DNA of 64,000 nucleotides from the human T2T-CHM13v2.0 reference genome, Homo sapiens, in NCBI RefSeq assembly GCF_009914755.1, contig NC_060944.1, one strand, 5' to 3'. Under the pieces are notes generated by a model. The model was not told the origin of the DNA. It ran no database searches and saw only the letters and a list, made by a program, of their open reading frames with translations. This document shows positions 56,355-64,000 of the stretch, piece by piece (position 1 is the stretch's first letter; every line of letters starts with the position of its first letter). The translations under genes were made by a program, and so were the position numbers.

Positions 56355-57110
56355 CCTCCTTGTGTTTAAGGTTATGTGTACTATATAGGCAACACCTAAA
56401 CAGTAATCATCATAAGACACCCATGAGCACCCACCCATCATAAGGAAGTGAGCGTTGTTGGAAACTCCCTGTGTGCCCTTCCCTCTTCCAAGCCTCCTCC
56501 CAGAAGGAACCACTAGTCTAAAATGTATATTTTTTCGTTATCTTCTTTGACTTTTTCATTTTACTATGTCTAGATGGGCTCCTCAATGTTTATGGAGCAT
56601 CATGTGTTATGAAATTTCTATTTCAAAAAACCATACTGTCCGTCTCTTCTATAACTGACTCATTGCATTCACCGGTCTCCTCCAATCAGGCGTCCGTGCT
56701 GCTGGGTGCAGCTGTGGTCCATTCATTTATACTGTGGACCCCACAGTGCATCCATTAATCTTGCTGCTGAATATTTGGGTCATCCCTGTATCTTGCTATT
56801 ACAAGCAGTGTGGTTATCCACGTGGGTGCCTGTCTTCTGCTGCACACAAGCATGGTGTGCTCTAAGCATTCCCCTGGGAAGGGATCACTGAGTCACAGGT
56901 AGGTGCTTCTACTTTACCAAGCACTGCAAAGCTGTTTTCAAAGGGGTTGCTCCAGTTTCCATTCCCACCAGGATTGCTTGAGAGAACCACTTGCTGCAAA
57001 GCCTGGACAAAATAATCAGTCACTGATCACTGTCAGCTGGGGACAAGGGTGAGAAAGAGTATTTTACTGCAGTCTTGCTTTGCATTTTTTTAATTCAGTT
57101 TTCAGTAACG
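56355..57110 (-). mobile_element. ancient L1ME fragment
   Basis: gggatcactgagtcacaggt; gctgttttcaaaggggttgctccagtttccattcccacca. Confidence 0.6.
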
Positions 57111-57456
57111 GATACTTTTCTAGGCATTTTTCCATGGTTTAGGATTTCAAGAAAGATAAAATTTACAAAAAAACCACTTTGTTCTATGAAAAGACCTTAA
57201 GATTGACAGAGAAAATATAATGATTAACAATATTAAAAATCAAACAGAAGAAAGAACTAGAAATATAAATTGATGGGTTAATAAGAAAATAGTACAATTA
57301 CCCCACGCCAATACAGCTGAGCCCCAAAGGTACCTAATAGTGAATTTAGTGTTGGGACTCTCAGGGCTCCTCTTCCCCGGAACTTCCCTCCGTCCAGCGC
57401 CAAGACCAGGACGAGCAACTCCACGGCACCTCCTTTGGTGAAGTGAGTCAAATGAG

Positions 57457-57758
57457 TTTTGTTGTTGTTGTTTTGAGACAGTCTCACTCTGTCGCCCAGC
57501 CTGGAGTGCAGTGGTGCGCTCAATCTCAGGTCACTGCAGCCTCTGCCTCTCGTGTTCAAGCGATTCTCATGCCTCAGCCTCCCAAGTAGCTGGGATTACT
57601 GGGGCATGCCACCACGCCTGGCTAATTTTTGTATTTTTAGCAGAGATGGGGTTTCACCATGTTGGCAAGGCTGGTCTTGAACTTCTGGCCTCAAATGATC
57701 CGCCTGCCTCAGCCTCCCGAAGTACTGAGATTACAGGTGTGAGCCACCACACCTGGCC
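57457..57758 (-). mobile_element. Alu (Sz/Jb-like) with (TTG)n-converted tail
   Basis: gagacagtctcactctgtcgccc...ggcctcaaatgatccgcctgcctc. Confidence 0.92.
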
Positions 57759-58099
57759 TGGTGACATGAGTCTTTATTCATCTAGTTTCCTCGCTGAGGA
57801 TGCTGTCCGCCGGGGTCCTGACTTTAGGCCAGCATTTCCTCATTTATATCTCCGTTTTTCTGGGCCCAAGAGTAGCCCACGTTTCCTCCTTCAGGGACCC
57901 CTCCCATCCTGGCTCTAGAGAGTAGCGCTAGCTCACTTACCTCTTAGGATTAACTTACTCTCATAATTTCTGACGTCTAAGAATTTCCCTCATTTTCCCA
58001 CCAATACCACTACATGCTGATGACTTTTTGGGGGGACATAGAAGTTTTCTTTGATTTTTGGTAACTCCTTTTTCATGCTAGCAAAAGCTTTTCATCATT

Positions 58100-60040
58100 C
58101 AAAAAACATGAAATGCAGAACCTAGAATAGCTAAAACAATCTCGAAAAAGAGGATTAAAATGGGAGGAATCGTGCTACCCAATGTTAAGACTTATTATAA
58201 AGCCATAGCAATTAAGACGGTGTGGTTCTGGAGGAGCGATAGACATAGATCAATGGAACAGAATAGAGAAGTTAGAAACAGATCCACCCAAATATGCCCG
58301 AGGGGTTTTGAAAAAGGTACAAAAATTATTCAATGGAGGAAGGACAGCCTTTTTAACAAATGGTGCTAGGGCGATTGATTCCGTATGCAAAAGTGAGCCT
58401 TAACCTAAACCTCATACCTTATACAAAAATCAACTCAAAATGGACCATTAACTTAAAAACATCAAACTCTAAGACTTTTAGAAAAGAAAAAAAAAGGAGA
58501 AAATCTTTAGGACCTATGCTCAGTGGAAAATTTTTAGACTTGACACCAAGAGCAACACTCAGAAAATGATAAATTGGACCTCAACAAAACGTAAAACTTT
58601 TGCTTTCAGGAAGACCCTGTTAAGAGGATGAAAAGACAAGCTATAGACTGGGAGGAAATGTTTGCAAACCATATATCTAACAAAGGACTCGAATCTAGAA
58701 TATACAAATAACTCAAAGCTCAAGCATAAAACAAAAAATCTGTTAGAAAATAGCCAAAAGGCATAAAGGGACATTTCACTGAGGGGGATATTCAGATGGC
58801 CAGTGAGCATCGGAAACAACGTTCAGCATCATTAGCCATTCGGGAACCACAAAGGCAAACCACCAGGCATTACTACATATGTATCAGAAAGGCTAAGTTT
58901 TTTTAAATGTAATAACATCAAATGTTGTTGAGGATGTGGAAAAGCTGAATCACTTATACATAGCCGGTGGGAATGTCAAATAGCACAACCACTACAGAAA
59001 ACAGTTTGTCATTTCCTACAACAGTAAACACTTACCCCAGGACACAACAGATTCACTCTCAGGCGTTTATCCCAGAGAAATGAAAACAACATTTACCCAA
59101 ATATCCACCCACACATTTCCAAAGCAGCTTTAAAGTCATAATGGTCCCAAACTGAAAATAACCCAAATACCCTTTGATGCGTAAATGACTAAACAAACTG
59201 TGAGTACCTGGATGCAGGCTGTGGAATACTACACAGCAATGAAAAGGAGAATGTTTCAAATATGGGCAATGACTGGGAAAGAATTCAGCTGAGTGAAAAA
59301 TGTCAATCCGAAAAGGTTCCATACTGTATGATTCTATACATATGTACAGCATTCTGGAAGTGACAAAATGAGAGATGCAGAACAGGTTAGTGGTTACTCA
59401 GGATTATGGAAGAGGGAGGGAGATGGATGTGGCCCTAAAAGAGCAGCAAAGAGATCCTTGTGGGACTGTCCTGTGTCTTGACCATGTGTGGTCAAAGGAA
59501 CCTACACATATGATAAAACTCCATAGAAGTAACACATGCATGCACATACACATGCACACACATGCATACATACATGCACACATGCACACACATGCACACA
59601 TGCATACATACTCATGCACACATAGATGCACACACGTGCACACATACCCACACATGTACACACGCACAATCACGTGCACACACACGCATACATGTACATG
59701 TACACACACGCACACACATGCACACACATGCATGCAAACGCACACAAGTACACACATGTGCAGGCACACCCACGCACCCACGCACACCCATGCACCCACG
59801 CACACACACATGCAAACAAGCACGTGCACACACATGCATGCACACACACGCACACACATGTATGCGTGCACGCACACGAGTGCATGAAAACCTGGCAACA
59901 TCTGAATCCTGGTGTGATATTGTACTATAATTTTGCAAGATGTTACCTTTGAGGAAATTGGGTGTTGGGCACATGGGATCTCTCTGCAATATTTCCTAGA
60001 ACTGCATGTGAATCTGTAATTACCTCAAAACTGAAAGTGA
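58100..60040 (+). mobile_element. L1MC-like ORF2 end plus 3'UTR
   Basis: MGGIVLPNVKTYYKAIAIKTVWFW translation; 3'UTR tgcaagatgttacc..actgcatgtgaatct. Confidence 0.85.
59532..59885. repeat. CA/CATG/CACG-rich low-complexity expansion
   Basis: ~350 bp of mostly alternating purine-pyrimidine sequence. Confidence 0.9.
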
Positions 60041-60395
60041 AAAGACAAGCATGAAATGTGACCCCGAAGATTATCATTATTAACATCTTGTGTGCTTCTC
60101 CTCGTCTCTCAGATAGATGAGTACTTTTAGTTAAGCAAAAGTGAGTTGCAAATACTATTTTGGAACCATGGAGTCAGGGTGCCCCTCACACACCCAATCC
60201 ACTTTGTTGGACCCACAAGTTGTTTTCTCTTTATCTCCATTGTAAGCAGCACTGTGATGAAAACACTTGTAGATCCATCTCCCAACACAACAGTGATGCC
60301 TCCCTTCAGGCGAAGAGACTGGCTTATTTTCAACACTGTGTTTGTTCTTAATGAGGAGTGTCTTCTAGAGAAGCAAAGTTTAAAATTAAAAAGAC

Positions 60396-60690
<295 letters not shown>

Positions 60691-61519
60691 TTAAAAAGAC
60701 ACATGGTGGCATGTGGAGGAATGGCTGGCTCTGTGCGGTGTCTAGGCAGCTCCTCTTTAGATGGAAGGCAGGTGCCTTTTTGTTGTGTGTGTTTTGCAAA
60801 GACTCACAGGCCAGTTTTATGGCTACGCTCCTTGACTTGAGTCTGCTCTGATGGACAGACCACAGATGGGTTCCCCCTTTGTCCAATTTCCAGTGTCTAT
60901 TTGGAGGCTCCAGAGAACGATACACCGGGGAAAAACATGACATAAAATTAGCATGAGCTTATAGTTCCTCTAAAAACAAAATACAGATTCCTTCTCTGTA
61001 CATCCAGGCACAAGGAGCAGGGAAGCCACCATGACGTCCCTTCTCATCCTAACTCAGGGGCACAATGGCCAACACTGCAATGCAAGACGATCATGCCCAG
61101 GCCACGCCGTCCTTCCCCAGGTTCCATGGAAAATCTTTGGTTTAAATGTCCAGGGGAGAAAGGAGAAAGAGAGGAAGGATGAGAGGAATGAAAGGAAGCT
61201 GCCCTTTCGAACCTCACAGTCATCTTACAATGGTTTTCAAAAATATACAATTTTTAATCATTTTAAACTGCTTTATTCATTTGTACAATCTTTTGTCAGA
61301 CGATATCAAAGTCAACTCATTTTTTAATAAAACTAAAATTCAACATTTTTGCATGCAACTGATGACCCAATTCTCAGATCTGTCTGGGGCATGGTAGACA
61401 AGGAATCTGGGTCTAAATTATTAGAAACACACACACACCAGAAAATCCCTTCTGCTATCAGACTTAGACCCTAGATCCATGTATTACTCTTTAACCTTAG
61501 CTTGATTGGTCTCAATTCT

Positions 61520-61650
61520 CAAAACAATGCTCTGAGGCTCTATTAGCATCCCCATTTATAGACAGGGAAACAGGCAGACAAATAACTTGGACAAAAGGCC
61601 AGTCGGGGCAAAACAGTTTGCTCAGAGGAGCATGGACACCCAGCTTCTCT
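61520..61650 (-). mobile_element. MIR fragment
   Basis: atccccattttatagacagggaaacagg. Confidence 0.65.
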
Positions 61651-62443
61651 CCTTCTCAGAGACTGCTTTTGAGGAATCGCCTATGCAGCTCTGGGTCCCC
61701 TGGAGTTAGTCCAGGCAGTGGGAAGTCAGGAAGGAGATTTAAGGCAACAAGATCTGGGACTCTCCTAGCAGCATGGAAGAGTCTGTCTTTTAACAGAATG
61801 GTGGTTTGATGAATGCTTTTTTGATTCTCATATCAGACCAAATTTTAAGAGCCCGTGGCCAAAATCCACACAAAGATCCCACTTCGTGTGATTCCCTGAG
61901 ACCAGCAAAGATGCCAGCTGAAAGCCCACGTGGCAGACCCAGGAATCCAGGGAATCTGCATTCCAGGGTCAGCAGTCAAGGCCCACAAGAGGGAAGGTTA
62001 AAACCCAGGGCTTTGAAAATTCATCGGACAGGTCCTCCTGTTGTTGCATATTGGGCCACAAGGTAGGTGGGTGATGAGCAGTGACGAAGGGCTGTGAAGA
62101 CGACGTAACCGATGGCCACTGCCAAGCGGCAAGGCCCGATTTCTGTTTGGCACCGCTCTCTGCATTCCTTACCATTCCCCATGACCTAGGCACAGGCCCC
62201 AGTCTGCCTTCACCATGGGGACACCTCAGGACGTGCCAGGTTTCCATCTCTAAAGTGGGAAATTTCACAGGCACATTCCATAGAATTTCATGTCCTCTGC
62301 CCCTGTGATGTCAAATTCACCCATGTTTTACCTATATGTTGTTCCTGGCTTTGTTAAAAATTCAAAGAAAATATCCCATAATACAGGGACACCTGTTCTC
62401 AGAGGTTGCTGTGTTATTCACTGGTCAACACTACACCATTTCC

Positions 62444-62445
62444 CT

Positions 62446-62501
<56 letters not shown>

Positions 62502-62548
62502 TCCTTCTTTCTTTCTTTCATTCTTTTCTTTCTTTCTTTTTCTTTTCC
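62444..62548. repeat. (CTTT)n microsatellite / polypyrimidine tract
   Basis: ctttctttcttt run followed by degenerate pyrimidines. Confidence 0.95.
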
Positions 62549-63419
62549 TCTCCGTTTCTGTTTTTTAAAAAATTTAACTTTGTGCTATTCATACTCCTCT
62601 CATCTCCCCGCCAAATCTCATAACAAGGAATTTCAGAAGCATTTCACCCTTTTATCTGCACTTAAGGGCTTTTGATCTATTACCTTGGAGGGGTTATTTA
62701 TCTGCCACTGTAGCCTCCTCGCAGGAAAAGTGGTCCAAGGAGGCTGACCTAGAACTGCTTGCAGCTTCTTCAAGGAGCCCCTGCTAGCACACCCCACCCC
62801 CAGATCAATTTGCAATTTATTTGCACTCTGAGGCTAAATGCTATTTCAAAGATATGTCAGCTTCCACCCCAGGGTGGTTCATCATCTTCTGGAAATCTGG
62901 GTGCCTCTCGTCCCTGGCTTTGATTTTGCCATTGCGTGAGGTGCAATCCTTTCCCTCATGGAGGCCAGGGTCACCCTCTGCCTCCAGAGGACAACAATGA
63001 GAATGACGCAGTGGCCTCAATGTTGCTGGGGACTGTGCTAAATACAGACATCTGGGCTCCGTCCCCAGTAAAGTCCCACAGCTCCAGCAAGTATGGGTGG
63101 GGCCTTGTCAACCAGCTCCCGGGTCTGATGGAGGTGGTCAGTTGGTCACTGAATCTCTGAGTAGCTCTGGTCTAAGCCACTCTGACAGGCACTCGTCTGG
63201 TCTATTTTATGTCACTAATAAAACTATTTTTCACCTGCCACTTACTGAATTGTCACTGGTAAACATTCACTGTGCACCTGTTGGGATCAAGCCCTGCAGC
63301 ATGAAAAAGTTATCATCAAAGGCCACGGAGGCTGCTCCAGCCCTGGAGACAGTCGTGCAGACATCACACATATCAACAAACCTTTCCTTGTGTGGGGTCA
63401 GACCATGAGCTCAGTGGCC

Positions 63420-63605
63420 AGCCACACAGGTTTAAATCCTGATGCCTCCCCTTGCCAGCTGTGAAATACTTTGACAGGTGAGGTAGCCTCCCCGAGCCTC
63501 AGTTTGTCCATCTGTGGAATGTGCATTATGACACAGCACACGGGGTCACTGTAATGAAGATGAGACGGGAATTGCAGGGCACTTGGCAGAGCTGTTGGCA
63601 TCAGT
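63420..63605 (+). mobile_element. MIR
   Basis: ggtttaaatcctg..gagcctcagtttgtccatctgtggaatg. Confidence 0.7.
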
Positions 63606-63897
63606 CAGTGTGATGTTGTCAAAGCTTTGCAGCATAGATGGGGCTACAAAATCAAGACTTTCAAAATCACAGGGCTCTTCCTGAGAGCCCGCTGAAGGCG
63701 TTACAGGCACTGGTACTGGTATTTACCCACGGAAGGAGCCCTTCACCAGCCAGAAGGCAGAGGCTTGGTGCCCCTAAACGCTGGGGCCCCTTGCAGGCTC
63801 CTAGTTCGAAGCTGTGATGTTTGAGGGGACTTTGCAGCCTAGAGCCAGCAGCAGCTTCTGACAAGGAAGGGGCACATTGAGCTTCCTCCGTGGAAAA

Positions 63898-64000
63898 TCG
63901 CAGGAACCCCCACCCACGCAGCCACTCGCAGAAGCCCCCACCCACACGGCCACTCGCAGGAGCCCCCACCCTCACAACCACTTGCAGGGAGCCCCCCGCC
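63898..64000. repeat. 28-bp C-rich minisatellite, at least 3.7 copies, runs off the window end
   Basis: unit tcgcaggagcccccacccacacggccac at 63898, 63926, 63954, 63982. Confidence 0.85.

Noticed and set aside
59375-59989. His/Thr- and Cys/Val-rich ORFs
   Set aside because: Artefacts of CA-rich low-complexity DNA.

Overview
This is primate (human-like) non-coding genomic DNA, intronic or intergenic, and not prokaryotic. It is a mosaic of transposable-element relics: 8 near-full Alus (J, S and Y types), L1 fragments from ancient L1M to a young 5'-truncated L1PA, L2, MIR, MaLR/ERVL/ERV1 LTRs (including a complete MER50-like solo LTR with TSD), and hAT/Tigger DNA elements. It also holds five minisatellites and several microsatellites. 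I found no supportable host protein-coding gene, RNA gene or CRISPR array; the long ORFs come from L1 ORF2, Alu or tandem repeats. The most unusual signal is two independent ~180-bp local templated insertions (26118-26297 copied from 27464-27642; 50236-50415 copied from 51185-51365). Each is ~94-96% identical to its donor, in the same orientation, 1-1.35 kb upstream of it, and joined into an older repeat through junction microhomology. Several minisatellites also arose inside TEs, including a CpG/GC-box/G4-rich 40-mer inside MER20. Repeat family names come from recalled consensus motifs, not a database search; subfamily calls and boundaries of old elements are approximate.
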